DNA of 64,000 nt, from the IMG/VR virus record IMGVR_UViG_3300023184_000046, positions 32,001-96,000 of that record; one strand, 5' to 3'. The notes under the pieces were generated by a model, which made no database searches, was not told the origin of the DNA, and saw only the letters and a program-made list of their open reading frames with translations. Position numbers and translations under genes: made by a program. Position 1 is the stretch's first letter; every line of letters starts with the position of its first letter. Shown piece by piece: positions 11,401 through 22,006 of the stretch. Source of the DNA: a virus.

Positions 11401-11880
11401 ATGGCAATAAATAAAAAAGATCAAAATGATGATAATAGTGCCAACTACATGCAGCTAGTTGATTCTCTTAGAGACATTGCTGTTTTGATATCTAAGACTG
11501 ATATTAGACTTGAAAACATAAAAACTCAACAAGATGAATCATTCAAGAAAATTGATAAGATTGAAAATTTAATAAATAAGTTTTACAGTATAGAAAATCA
11601 AATAAAAATTATTGAAGAAAAAGATTTAGTGATAATAAACAGAGAAATTGATTTTTTGAAAAAAGATTTTGATTCTTTGAAATCTTACATTGATGACATT
11701 AATAAAAAAATGGAATTTCACAGAAGTAAAATATGGGACATAAAGAGTGATACTAAAGAAATGAAAGTATTTAAAGTTGATTTGAAAGAAAAAATCAAAT
11801 ATATCGTAGATATATGTGTTAAAATAGCAATAACTTTGTTTGTAGGCATAATGTTAGCGAAGATGGGATTAAATAAATGA
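11401..11880 (+). CDS. Coiled-coil protein with C-terminal transmembrane helix
   Basis: Start MAINKK at 11401 follows CATAAATA (11388-11395); C-terminal IVDICVKIAITLFVGIMLA. Confidence 0.6.
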   Translation: MAINKKDQNDDNSANYMQLVDSLRDIAVLISKTDIRLENIKTQQDESFKKIDKIENLINKFYSIENQIKIIEEKDLVIINREIDFLKKDFDSLKSYIDDINKKMEFHRSKIWDIKSDTKEMKVFKVDLKEKIKYIVDICVKIAITLFVGIMLAKMGLNK

Positions 11881-13157
11881 AAAACATATTTGAAAGTTCA
11901 GATTTTATTCCAAAGGTTAAATTACAAAGGAACTCTAATGTTTCTTTCTTGAAACCTTTTATAGTAAACAGTCAGATTAATTCTTCATTGAAATATATTA
12001 TAGATGCGTTTAATAGTTCCGATTCTGTCGAGGTTGGATATACGACTATTCAAAAAGACGGAAAGATAGAAAAACCTTCTTTGAAAAAGAAATCTATTTG
12101 GTTGACTGGAAATTCATTGAGAAGTCATTTGTCGAATGAAACTTTTTTTAATTATACTTGTGTTACTAATGCATCTCCAGATGAAATAAAAATGATATTA
12201 AGTAAATCTGAAAATGATTTTCAAGAAATAAAGCCTGCTGGAGAAATAGGAAGTATCGAAAAATATGCAAATCTTCCAGAAGAAATACAAAATAAATTTT
12301 CGTTTAGTGTAAGCAAAGTGGATCAAGAAAATAATGAAATGGAAATCACTGTAAATATTCACGGAACAAAAATATTTATAAGTACATTAAACAAGAATAT
12401 AAAGTTTAAACTTAATAATAATAAATTCATAGAATTTACTGCTTCTATTGTTGAAGATGCCAAAGGAAGAGATTTTTCTGTTAATGCAATATATTTGAAA
12501 TTAAAAAATAGTGATGGAGAAAATTCTGATATTTCTGATCCAGTAGGAGGCATACATGATATATCTCACAAGCAAATAAAGTTATTACATTCTCCAGAGA
12601 TGACCTACAAGGCCAATCCTTCTTTAATTATTACAACTTGCGAGCTAAGCTCAAAGTATAACAAAGATAAGAAAATAAACGCAGAATTGCTATATTCTAT
12701 AAGAAATATTATAGATGATGTTAAAGATGACTTTAAGTTGTTCAATAAAACTTTCAAGAATGCAGTAAACAAAGAATCTACACCATTATTTGGATTCCTA
12801 AATAATATGTATATTTCAAAAATGTTCAATAAAATGTTCCCAGATTTAAAAATAAGCATACCTCATATTGGATTGCCAAGATATTATGATTTTATTATTG
12901 GATATTTGTTGCACGAAAACGATAAAGATAAAATTACAGGAGTTCTTGAGCAAAATGGATTTAATAAATTTGAAATAAAAGAAGTTTTATTTGTTGTAGA
13001 TTTAACAAAATGGACTAAAACTGAAGACATCAATTCTTTAAAAGATATTTTAAATCATCAAAACGATCAATCTATTAATAAAATTTATAATTATTTGAAA
13101 GTATTTGGCAAAGATTTAATTTTTAAAAATCTAGCTAAAAAATATTTAGAAGTCTAA
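11877..13157 (+). CDS. Degenerate CCA-adding enzyme/poly(A) polymerase-like nucleotidyltransferase
   Basis: WLTGNSLRSHL, VTNASPDEI, EDAKGRDFSVNAIY, DPVGGIHDI follow class II NTase motif order; catalytic DxD replaced by NYT. Confidence 0.65.
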   Translation: MKNIFESSDFIPKVKLQRNSNVSFLKPFIVNSQINSSLKYIIDAFNSSDSVEVGYTTIQKDGKIEKPSLKKKSIWLTGNSLRSHLSNETFFNYTCVTNASPDEIKMILSKSENDFQEIKPAGEIGSIEKYANLPEEIQNKFSFSVSKVDQENNEMEITVNIHGTKIFISTLNKNIKFKLNNNKFIEFTASIVEDAKGRDFSVNAIYLKLKNSDGENSDISDPVGGIHDISHKQIKLLHSPEMTYKANPSLIITTCELSSKYNKDKKINAELLYSIRNIIDDVKDDFKLFNKTFKNAVNKESTPLFGFLNNMYISKMFNKMFPDLKISIPHIGLPRYYDFIIGYLLHENDKDKITGVLEQNGFNKFEIKEVLFVVDLTKWTKTEDINSLKDILNHQNDQSINKIYNYLKVFGKDLIFKNLAKKYLEV

Positions 13158-13169
13158 GTATTCTAATGT

Positions 13170-14009
13170 ATGGACTTTTTAGTAATAGCGGAAGACATTC
13201 CATATTATCAATGGCAAATTGAATTATTAATAGAATCATTTAAAATTCAAGGATTACAAGATAAATTAATTATTTATTTGGTTAAAACCAATGAATCAGT
13301 TGATGCTATTAAAATTAATATTAATAATCACAAAAATATTTTTTATTATAATTCTGAATCACTAAAAACAGGAACGGTTAATTTTGATTTTCACAATTGT
13401 ATTTTAGATTATAAATCTAAAAATCAAAAAAACGATTTTGCAATTATAGATCCTGATACATTTTTAAAGAAATTTGATTATAAAGTATTTGATGGAAATA
13501 ATATACTTTATCAAATAGATCAAGCTTCTAATAAAGAATTGGAATTGATATTTAAAATTTCAAAAAGTAAATATAATTTTGAATTTTATCAAGCAAGTTC
13601 TGTAATTTATTTTAATTCTACTTTTGATTTTAATTTCTTTAATTCATCTTTTAAAGTATTAGAAGACTTAATAAGAATAGCATTTTTTACTAATTTGTTT
13701 AATGAAAACTATAGACCAGATATAGATTTATATAAATACGCCTATTTATTAATAGGAATGTCTTACAGTGTTCCAATCATGCCAACTTATAAATTATTAA
13801 ATTATGTTTACGAAGGATATGATCAAGATATAAGTTTTGTTTCTTACAAACATGATATAAAACCATACTTCTATAAGAAAAATTATTATCACAAGAATTT
13901 CAAAAACTTATCTCTGCGATATCCAGATCCTTTTCAGAATCTTTTAGATTTGCCAGATTTCACTTATTGTTCTTTTGTTAAAAATATAGTTTCTAAATAT
14001 TACATTTAG
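13170..14009 (+). CDS. Glycosyltransferase, HPAT/SERGT (GT95/GT96)-like
   Basis: YYQWQIELLIESF N-terminal motif and IIDPD DxD motif. Confidence 0.5.
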   Translation: MDFLVIAEDIPYYQWQIELLIESFKIQGLQDKLIIYLVKTNESVDAIKININNHKNIFYYNSESLKTGTVNFDFHNCILDYKSKNQKNDFAIIDPDTFLKKFDYKVFDGNNILYQIDQASNKELELIFKISKSKYNFEFYQASSVIYFNSTFDFNFFNSSFKVLEDLIRIAFFTNLFNENYRPDIDLYKYAYLLIGMSYSVPIMPTYKLLNYVYEGYDQDISFVSYKHDIKPYFYKKNYYHKNFKNLSLRYPDPFQNLLDLPDFTYCSFVKNIVSKYYI

Positions 14010-15100
14010 AAACTCTCATTAGTTTTTAAGGCACTAGCAATAATTTGATCCATATTGTAATATTTATATTTTCCTAATCTGCCACCAAAAATAACTTTTT
14101 CATTTTTATTTAGAGCTAAGTATTTTTCATAAATAGCATTATTGTTTTGAGTTGGAACAGGATAATATGGTTCATTGCCTTTATAAACATCGTAATCTTG
14201 AGGATGCTCTTTAGTAATCCAAGTTCCTTCTACAGTTTCATCGTGAAAGTATTTTGATTCATAAATTCTGGTATATGGAACAGAAGCGTCTGTATAGTTT
14301 ATAATTGAATTACCTTGATAATCATTTTTGTGATATTCTTCTTCAAATCGAAGAGATCTATATTCTAAAAATCCATAACAATAGTTGTAAAATTGATCTA
14401 TTTTGCCAGAATAAATTATCCTCGAATAATTATCCATGAAATATTTTTTATTTTCTGAAAAATCAGTACTCAAAGTAACTTTGATTTTTTTATTATCTAA
14501 TAATTTTTCAAATATTGGAGTGTATCCATTTTCTGGTGTACCTTCAAACTTATCATTAAAATATCTGTCGTTGTAATTGAGTCTTATTGGTATTCTTTTT
14601 ATAATTGATACTGGTAGTTCACTTGGATGTTTGTTCCATTGTTTTTGAGTATATCCTTTGATGAAAATTTCATATAACTGCTTTCCAATATTTGCCAAGC
14701 AATATTCTTCCATGTTTTGAGGGTTTGTAATTCCTACTTTTTGTTTGTTTAATATAGCCAATGCTTCTGTTGGATTTTTAACACCATATATTTGACTTAG
14801 AGTGAATAGGTTAATTGGAAATGAATAAATTTTATCTTTGTAATTTACTTTCGTATGCTGATATTTATTTAAAAATTTAGTAAATTTATTAATGTAATTC
14901 CATATTTTTCCATCATTAGTATGAAATATATGAGGTCCATATTTATGGACTGGTATATTATCTTTTATTTCTGTATAACAGTTACCGCCCATGTGATTTC
15001 TTTTATCAATTATATCTACATAATATCCTTTTTGCACAAGCTCATGTGCTAATACAGAACCGAACAATCCAGATCCAACTATCAAAATTTTGTGTTTCAT
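14006..15100 (-). CDS. glf: UDP-galactopyranose mutase
   Basis: IVGSGLFG FAD motif, GGNCY, HKYGPHIFHT, YRSLRF, EPYYP, GRLGKYKYYNMDQ. Confidence 0.95.
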   Translation of the reverse strand: MKHKILIVGSGLFGSVLAHELVQKGYYVDIIDKRNHMGGNCYTEIKDNIPVHKYGPHIFHTNDGKIWNYINKFTKFLNKYQHTKVNYKDKIYSFPINLFTLSQIYGVKNPTEALAILNKQKVGITNPQNMEEYCLANIGKQLYEIFIKGYTQKQWNKHPSELPVSIIKRIPIRLNYNDRYFNDKFEGTPENGYTPIFEKLLDNKKIKVTLSTDFSENKKYFMDNYSRIIYSGKIDQFYNYCYGFLEYRSLRFEEEYHKNDYQGNSIINYTDASVPYTRIYESKYFHDETVEGTWITKEHPQDYDVYKGNEPYYPVPTQNNNAIYEKYLALNKNEKVIFGGRLGKYKYYNMDQIIASALKTNESF

Positions 15101-15873
15101 AATTTTTTCATTTTCAATATTGGCTTTAAAATTTTAATTAATTTTCTTGGCCCTTGGTTATAGAAGCTCTCTTCACTTGTCTCGTAATTAAAATAAATTA
15201 TATTAGATATATTTTCCATGAAAACATTGAATTTTCTAAGTATATCATTGTAATGATTTTTTTCATTCATTTTTAAAAGCGTTTTAAACAAATATAAATT
15301 ATTTGTAAATTTTATTTTCCTGCATATGTCTCGGCAAATCATTTTTCCATTTAAATAACAAAAGAATGAAAGAAATATCTCAAATCCTTTGCCGAAATTG
15401 TTTTTTTCAATGTAAAAGTTTATATGATCTGCTAGCAATTCTTTATTAAAAACAAAACATCTTGGATCAGGACATTTTGTATCATTCAATCCATAAAATT
15501 TATTATAATTAGTAAAGCTTCTATCATAAAAATGATAATACTTTGATAAATTTAAATTAAAATCTAATATACCTGCATTAGAATATTTTTGGAAATACCA
15601 TTTACTTTTTTTAATCATATAAATGATGTCTTTATAAGAATCAAAATCATTATGGAGGAAAAAACATAATTCTTCTTTTTGATTAAGAATTCTTATAAAT
15701 AATTCTTTTAAGTTATCACTTTTATATTTTATTATTTTCACATTATCTTTATTGATTTTTTTACCGAAATTCAAATAACAAAATTTAATTTTATATTTTC
15801 TAAAAAAAGCAACAAGTTTTTCGTTGATTTTTTCTTTATCTAAGCGATATATGTAAAATTTAATTCTATGCAT
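15097..15873 (-). CDS. Hypothetical protein, possibly divergent glycosyltransferase
   Basis: 258-aa ORF in glycan cluster; FFLHND. Confidence 0.4.
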   Translation of the reverse strand: MHRIKFYIYRLDKEKINEKLVAFFRKYKIKFCYLNFGKKINKDNVKIIKYKSDNLKELFIRILNQKEELCFFLHNDFDSYKDIIYMIKKSKWYFQKYSNAGILDFNLNLSKYYHFYDRSFTNYNKFYGLNDTKCPDPRCFVFNKELLADHINFYIEKNNFGKGFEIFLSFFCYLNGKMICRDICRKIKFTNNLYLFKTLLKMNEKNHYNDILRKFNVFMENISNIIYFNYETSEESFYNQGPRKLIKILKPILKMKKL

Positions 15874-16655
15874 TAGTTTAATTCTAAATAGTCCATTATT
15901 TGTTTAAGTTGATCAGTTTCTTTGATAGGATGAACAATACAAGCTTTTTTGCTTACTTCTGAAAAATGAATATTTGGCCTAAATCTCATGGCATATTTTT
16001 TACCCATTCCATTCCATTCAAATTTTTCTTCTATAAATCTACAAAGGTTTAAAACATCAAAATTATTATGCATGCAAATTGTTGGAATTAAAACCTCTGC
16101 AACATCGTATTGGTTGAAATTAGGATAAAATCCTTCTGGCATTAAAGATGTAAATGTTAAAAATTTTTCAAATACTTGGTGATATAATGCTTCCATTAAA
16201 TTTCTTTTGATAAAATAGCAGCATCCAAGCATACAGTAAAATTTTTCCATTTTCATTTCTAGGCAATTTAAAAATAAATTTTCTTCACAATGTACTTCTC
16301 TAAAATCGCTTGTTATTAAACTGTATTTTTCGTTTATATATTGAAAATCATTTTTGAATTTCTCACTTACAATAAAGTTGTCAAATTCTGTAAAAACATA
16401 CCAATCGCTATTGGGAAAATTTTCATAAGTATGTTTTAAGTTTAAAAGAACATTTTTATAAGGATTTCTTGGAAAATTATGTTTAAATCCTTCTATTGTT
16501 ATAACATCATTGAAATCTTCAATTGGCCAATTTTGATATGCACTTTTTTCAACTAAAAGAACAATATTATTAGTTACATTCTTTTTTAATAAATCAATGT
16601 TTTTTCTTGTTAATTCAGGATTATTATGAACATTTATACTGGCTGTGAAAATCAA
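15873..16655 (-). CDS. Putative GT-A fold glycosyltransferase
   Basis: DWYVFTEFD and C-terminal IVHPIK. Confidence 0.5.
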   Translation of the reverse strand: MIFTASINVHNNPELTRKNIDLLKKNVTNNIVLLVEKSAYQNWPIEDFNDVITIEGFKHNFPRNPYKNVLLNLKHTYENFPNSDWYVFTEFDNFIVSEKFKNDFQYINEKYSLITSDFREVHCEENLFLNCLEMKMEKFYCMLGCCYFIKRNLMEALYHQVFEKFLTFTSLMPEGFYPNFNQYDVAEVLIPTICMHNNFDVLNLCRFIEEKFEWNGMGKKYAMRFRPNIHFSEVSKKACIVHPIKETDQLKQIMDYLELN

Positions 16656-16676
16656 TTAATTATCTCCTTTGATTTA

Positions 16677-17240
16677 TTATATTCTTTTTAAAATCAAAAA
16701 ATTAAAGTTGTCCCTTTTTATTGCATAAATTTTCCAATTATTTTCTTCAATTAACGGTTTGATTTTATCACATAAATATTCATCCACTCCATCTATCATA
16801 ATATATTTTTTAATTTTAATATTGTTAAAAATCTCATTGTAAAGAGCATAATTTTTATCATGGTTAAAATTATTTATATACAAGAAATCAATATTAAGTG
16901 AATTAAGTCTTGGATCAAATTCTTCATATAATAATAATTCTACATTATTAATGTAATTTATTAATTCATAATAACTTAAGCTAATATTATTAGATATTTT
17001 AATTATTTTCTTTGCATTTCCAGCAAGCACACTTATGCTTGATAAATTATAAAAACAATTTATTTCAAGAATACTATTTGAATCTTCTGATAATAATTTG
17101 ATTAATCTTAAATTATTATCATATTTTTCAATAAATTCATTATTAGCAATATCACTGTTAATAAATTTTAAAATATTAAGATTATCTTTTTTAAATAAAC
17201 TTAAGTAAATATCATTTATGTTTTTTAATTCTTGCACCAT
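16677..17240 (-). CDS. Degenerate methyltransferase-like protein
   Basis: SILEINCF, IDFLYIN, YIMID pattern resembles a decayed class I methyltransferase. Confidence 0.35.
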   Translation of the reverse strand: MVQELKNINDIYLSLFKKDNLNILKFINSDIANNEFIEKYDNNLRLIKLLSEDSNSILEINCFYNLSSISVLAGNAKKIIKISNNISLSYYELINYINNVELLLYEEFDPRLNSLNIDFLYINNFNHDKNYALYNEIFNNIKIKKYIMIDGVDEYLCDKIKPLIEENNWKIYAIKRDNFNFLILKRI

Positions 17241-18319
17241 TTTTTTACTAAATTTATTACTTTGTCTAAGTCGTTATCACTTAAGTTATTATGAACTGGT
17301 AAATTAATTCCATTTTCATAAAGATTCTGACTATTATCGAAACTTCCATAGCAGTATTTTTTAAATTTTTTATTAATATGCAGAGGTGGAAATCTTAATA
17401 CTGTGTAAACATTATTTTTAAGCATGTATTTCGCAAAGTCATTTCTGTTTTCAATCGTTACTAAATATGAAAAATAAGAATGACTTTCTTTTTTATCATA
17501 TTTTTGACATATGGTAATATTTGGCAATGATTCAAATTCTTTTTGATAAGTTTCCCATATTTTCTTCCTTTTAAGCTGATTTTCTTTTAAATTTTTCAAT
17601 TGTTCTAAGGCGAATATGCATGAAATATCATTTGGAAGATATTTCACATTATCACTTATATAAGAAAAATCCCACCACATTTTACCGCTATCTTTAGAAT
17701 TTCTAATAATTCCATAATTCCTAAATGCTAAAGCTCTTTCAATTTTATCATCATCAAAGCAAATTCCTCCTAAATCTGGAGTTGCTATATTTTTTATAGG
17801 ATCAAAGCTAAATGTTCCTACATTTCCAATAGCACCACAATAAAAATTATTTTTCTTTGTGTCTACTACCTGAGCAGCATCTTCTAATATTTTTACATTA
17901 TAATCTTTAAAGCTTTCAATGTCTTGTGTACATTTACCGCCATAATGAACTGCCATTATTCCTTTTATATCTTTTTTAAATATGGCATCAATCTTATCAC
18001 AGCTTAAATTTGCATCTTGTTCAACATCACAAATTACTGGGATTAACTTTGCAGCAAATATAGCTTGTATACAACCAAAAAAAGTAAATGAAGGCAGTAA
18101 TACCTTGCTTCCTTCTTTTAAATCTAATAAATGCAAGCCTAAATGAAGTGCGTTAGTTCCATTGTTTACGGTAATGAATTTTCTACCTATTCTTTTTGAG
18201 AATTTTTCTTCAAAATCTTTAGTGTGATCTCCAATGCCTATCCATCCTTTGGAAACGCAATTTTTTATATTTTTTTCAATAATTTCATAATTATGGTTAG
18301 AACTAGATATATTAATCAT
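17225..18319 (-). CDS. DegT/DnrJ/EryC1/StrS PLP-dependent sugar aminotransferase
   Basis: NNGTNALHL, VHYGG, ILEDAAQ, FSFDPIKNI, INLPVH. Confidence 0.9.
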   Translation of the reverse strand: MINISSSNHNYEIIEKNIKNCVSKGWIGIGDHTKDFEEKFSKRIGRKFITVNNGTNALHLGLHLLDLKEGSKVLLPSFTFFGCIQAIFAAKLIPVICDVEQDANLSCDKIDAIFKKDIKGIMAVHYGGKCTQDIESFKDYNVKILEDAAQVVDTKKNNFYCGAIGNVGTFSFDPIKNIATPDLGGICFDDDKIERALAFRNYGIIRNSKDSGKMWWDFSYISDNVKYLPNDISCIFALEQLKNLKENQLKRKKIWETYQKEFESLPNITICQKYDKKESHSYFSYLVTIENRNDFAKYMLKNNVYTVLRFPPLHINKKFKKYCYGSFDNSQNLYENGINLPVHNNLSDNDLDKVINLVKKWCKN

Positions 18320-18332
18320 AGATTATAATAAT

Positions 18333-19136
18333 ATGTTTAAGCTTAATTTTGAAAATATAAAGTTTTCAATTAGAATGATTACTTATCCGAGAAACGGTAG
18401 AACTAAAGATATATTGCCTAAAACTTTAGAATCTATCTTAAAACAATCCTATAAAAACTGGGAAATTTATCTATTTGGAGATAACTATCATCCGAAAGAA
18501 GAGCTAATTGAAATTTCGAATTTAATCCCAGAAAAGAGATTGAAATTAAGAAATTTAGATGTGAATTCTGAAAGATATCACTACAAAGGCATTGATTTGT
18601 GGTATTGTGGCGGTGTTAATGCATGCAATTATGTTCTTGATTGGATGCAAAAAGATAAAGTGAAATATGTCGCTTTGTGTAACGATGATGATATCTGGTT
18701 GCCTAATCACTTGGAAACATTAGCAATGGCTTATCATCAATGGCCAAAAGCAAGCTTTGTTTACACAAGAGGAAATCATTTGCAAATGGGAAATTTGCCA
18801 ATTGAAGAAATCCATAATATTGATTACAACAATAAACCAGTTTCCGAATATAACACTATATTTTCAGCAGTTAGCTGGAAGTTAAATGAAATAAATCTTA
18901 GATTTAAAAACTGTGCTAAAGAAAAAGTTCCATCTGATGCTGATCTATGGATTAGAATGAAAGAATATTGCTTTAATAAAAAATTAAATTTTTTATATAT
19001 TCCAAAAATTACTGTATTACATGAATCTCATAAACCAAATGAAAATATTCAACCTGAAATGTGTATTAAAAAAACAGAAGAAAATTTAAATTATTCGACT
19101 GCTAAATTTAAATCTAAGAAAGATTTGTTATTTTAA
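18333..19136 (+). CDS. Glycosyltransferase family 2
   Basis: LESILKQSYKNWE, CNDDDIWLPNHL, DADLW. Confidence 0.85.
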   Translation: MFKLNFENIKFSIRMITYPRNGRTKDILPKTLESILKQSYKNWEIYLFGDNYHPKEELIEISNLIPEKRLKLRNLDVNSERYHYKGIDLWYCGGVNACNYVLDWMQKDKVKYVALCNDDDIWLPNHLETLAMAYHQWPKASFVYTRGNHLQMGNLPIEEIHNIDYNNKPVSEYNTIFSAVSWKLNEINLRFKNCAKEKVPSDADLWIRMKEYCFNKKLNFLYIPKITVLHESHKPNENIQPEMCIKKTEENLNYSTAKFKSKKDLLF

Positions 19137-19155
19137 TATATCTGAAAAAAATATT

Positions 19156-20409
19156 ATGAAAAAAAACATACTGGTGTTTCCAAGTGCTTCAAACTTAGCA
19201 ATAGAGATATATTATTCTTTAAATAAAGATAAAAATATAAATCTAATTGGCTGTTCTTCTATTGAAAATGAAATAACTAAAATTTTTAAAGATAATGTGA
19301 AAATTAAAAGTTTCATGGGAGATAAGGATTTTTTAAATAAATTTAATAACATAATTAAAAAACATAAAATTGATTTGATATATCCTTTGAGTGATGATGT
19401 TAGCTTGTATTTTTCAAAAAATATCAATAAATTTAAATGTGGAATAATATCTTCTTGTTATGAAACTAATGCAATTTTAAGATCTAAATATAAAACTTAC
19501 AAATATTTCAATGGCATAATAAATGTCCCAGTAATCTATGAAAACATTAATTTGATTAATAAATTTCCTGTTTTTATAAAACCACAAAAAGGAAGTTCCT
19601 CAAAAGATTGTTATATTGTTAAAAACAAAAAAGAATTAAATTTCTTCATTGATAAGATTGAAAATCCAATTGTATTGGAGTATTTATCTGGACCCGAATT
19701 TACTGTTGATTGTTTTACTGATTTCAATGGTAATCTTTTATTTGCACAACCACGACTTAGAATATTTAAAAGCTTAGGTGCATCTTCTTATACTAAAATA
19801 TCTCAAAACGAAGAATTAAAAGAATGGGCAGTTAAAATAAATAAAAAAATTAAATTCAATGGAGCTTGGTTTTTTCAAACAAAAATAAATAATAAAGGAG
19901 AACAATCCTTACTTGAAATTGCACCAAGAATAGGTGCTTCATCTGGTGTAAACAGGATAAACGATGTTAATCTTCCATTGCTTAATGTTTACAATCATTG
20001 CAAAAATATTGTTGAAATAGACAAAAATGATTTTCATGTAACTGGTTATAGATATTTAAATTATGAGTTTGATTTTGATTTTAATTTTTATAAAAATATT
20101 TATTTTGACTTTGATGATACATTATTGATTAATGGTAAATTAAATACAGATTTAATTAAGTTTGTTATTAAGTGTATTAATGCAAAAGCTAATATAATAT
20201 TGATATCAAAACACGAAGGGAATCTTAATAAAAAACTTAAAAAATTTAAAATAAAAAATCTGTTTGGAAAAATTATTCATATAGATAAAAATGAAGATAA
20301 AGCCATGTACATGAAGAAGAATTCTATATTAATTGATGATAGTTTTTCAGAAAGAAAAAAGGCAAGAGAAAAAGGATTTCCTGCTTTCCCACCAGAAGCA
20401 TTTAATTAA
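19156..20409 (+). CDS. ATP-grasp protein with C-terminal HAD-like domain
   Basis: FPVFIKPQKGSSSK, EYLSGPEFTVD, LEIAPR; YFDFDDTL and ILIDDSFSER. Confidence 0.8.
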   Translation: MKKNILVFPSASNLAIEIYYSLNKDKNINLIGCSSIENEITKIFKDNVKIKSFMGDKDFLNKFNNIIKKHKIDLIYPLSDDVSLYFSKNINKFKCGIISSCYETNAILRSKYKTYKYFNGIINVPVIYENINLINKFPVFIKPQKGSSSKDCYIVKNKKELNFFIDKIENPIVLEYLSGPEFTVDCFTDFNGNLLFAQPRLRIFKSLGASSYTKISQNEELKEWAVKINKKIKFNGAWFFQTKINNKGEQSLLEIAPRIGASSGVNRINDVNLPLLNVYNHCKNIVEIDKNDFHVTGYRYLNYEFDFDFNFYKNIYFDFDDTLLINGKLNTDLIKFVIKCINAKANIILISKHEGNLNKKLKKFKIKNLFGKIIHIDKNEDKAMYMKKNSILIDDSFSERKKAREKGFPAFPPEAFN

Positions 20410-21161
20410 AATAATTTTAAACTTTTATTAAATTTTGCAATATTTTCTTTTCTTTTTGATTGGTATTCATTTGCTTTTGATGCATTGGCTGAAATCATTC
20501 TATTTGGGTCTAAACTAACAATATTATAACTTTTGTTTGCGAAGTATGCTACTGTTAGTCTTTCGTAAAAATAAGAACAATTTACATGAGGTTTGTAATT
20601 TGGACATTGCTCGCTATCATATTCATATTTGTATTCATATTTTCCAAAAAAATAATCAAATTCTTTTCTCCACCATTTTAAAAATTCTACTAATATGCTT
20701 TTTTTACAAATAAAGTTATTGCTGTAAAAGCTAGTTCCTGTTCTTTTAAAATTATTTCTTATTAATAACTCATCAATATAAACTTCCATCCCAACATGAT
20801 TAGAAATTGATTCTTCGTACCAGCTTTCCTCTACAAGTGCTGGTGCATAAATAAAGCTTTTTTTGAAGTTACTAACTAATTCTGGTAATTTTTCTAATTT
20901 AAAAACACTGCTATCTTCTTCATTTGTTTTGTATTTTGAATTCCAGCTTGCAGAACAAATACCAACATACTCGTAATCTGACAATAAACTTGTATTATTT
21001 GATAAATGAATCAAAAATCTATTTTCTGCTAATTTGTTATTTTTATATTTTTCATCTAATTCAAGGTTGTTTAAATTTATTTTTTTAATAAATTTGCCAG
21101 AATTAACTTTGTTTAATAATTCTTCTTCATTGTGTATAACAAAAATTTGTATTTCTTTCAT
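20406..21161 (-). CDS. Glycosyltransferase-like protein (DUF4422-like)
   Basis: LAENRF, YEYVGI, NNFICKK, YFYERL. Confidence 0.45.
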   Translation of the reverse strand: MKEIQIFVIHNEEELLNKVNSGKFIKKINLNNLELDEKYKNNKLAENRFLIHLSNNTSLLSDYEYVGICSASWNSKYKTNEEDSSVFKLEKLPELVSNFKKSFIYAPALVEESWYEESISNHVGMEVYIDELLIRNNFKRTGTSFYSNNFICKKSILVEFLKWWRKEFDYFFGKYEYKYEYDSEQCPNYKPHVNCSYFYERLTVAYFANKSYNIVSLDPNRMISANASKANEYQSKRKENIAKFNKSLKLF

Positions 21162-21164
21162 GAT

Positions 21165-21956
21165 TTAAATAAATATTTTTTCTGTAAAAGGGTCATTGAT
21201 ATATACATTTTCCTTAATCTTAATTCCATTTCTTTCATTTAACTCTCCATATGAAGAGCCAAATAAAAAATTATTATTTGCGTATTTTTGTTTAAAATAA
21301 GCAGAATAAATTTTTTTAATTTGAATTATTTTATCATGAACATTACTTGCGTAAATTGCATGATGCATTATTGCTTCTTGTGTTACAGGAGCATGAGGTC
21401 CATTTATGAAGAATTCTCTTGGCATAAAACCATGGTTTATATTAGCTTTGTGAATAAATTTGTTTAGAATATCTTGATCAGCATAAGTAGGCTTGTTTAC
21501 TTTTAATTCTTCTTTTATAGAATCTATGAACTTAATTGTATTTGGGGTATTTCTTAAAATATAATAACCGCCATTATAATGTTCGTAGTAATCATTAGAA
21601 TCATGCTCCATAATACCACAAAAATCTAACTTTTTATCTTCCATAAAACTGAACACTCTAAAAATGTTCATGGGGTTTAAATATTGAATATCTAAATCAT
21701 TAAATACCAATAATTCTCTTGGTTTTAATTTGTTTAAATTTTTATTTATAAAATCTAATTTTTGTATTCCCGCTTCATACCAAGAAGGAGTTCCAAATCC
21801 AAATGAATCAAAATTTTTAAAATCAAGCTTATGCAAGCAAATTTCAAAATAATCCAAATGTTTCTTTATTGATTTATGATAAATATCATAAAGTCTCTTA
21901 ATATTACCAGACCAAACTCCTACAAGTTTTATTTTTTTATTTTTGTGTGTAATCAT
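21165..21956 (-). CDS. Nucleotide-diphospho-sugar transferase (GT77-like)
   Basis: VFNDLDI, YNGGYYILR, DQDILN, MHHA. Confidence 0.7.
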   Translation of the reverse strand: MITHKNKKIKLVGVWSGNIKRLYDIYHKSIKKHLDYFEICLHKLDFKNFDSFGFGTPSWYEAGIQKLDFINKNLNKLKPRELLVFNDLDIQYLNPMNIFRVFSFMEDKKLDFCGIMEHDSNDYYEHYNGGYYILRNTPNTIKFIDSIKEELKVNKPTYADQDILNKFIHKANINHGFMPREFFINGPHAPVTQEAIMHHAIYASNVHDKIIQIKKIYSAYFKQKYANNNFLFGSSYGELNERNGIKIKENVYINDPFTEKIFI

Positions 21957-22006
21957 AAATATATAAATAATATATTAAAAAAGAAATTGTTTTATTAGAT
22001 TAAATT

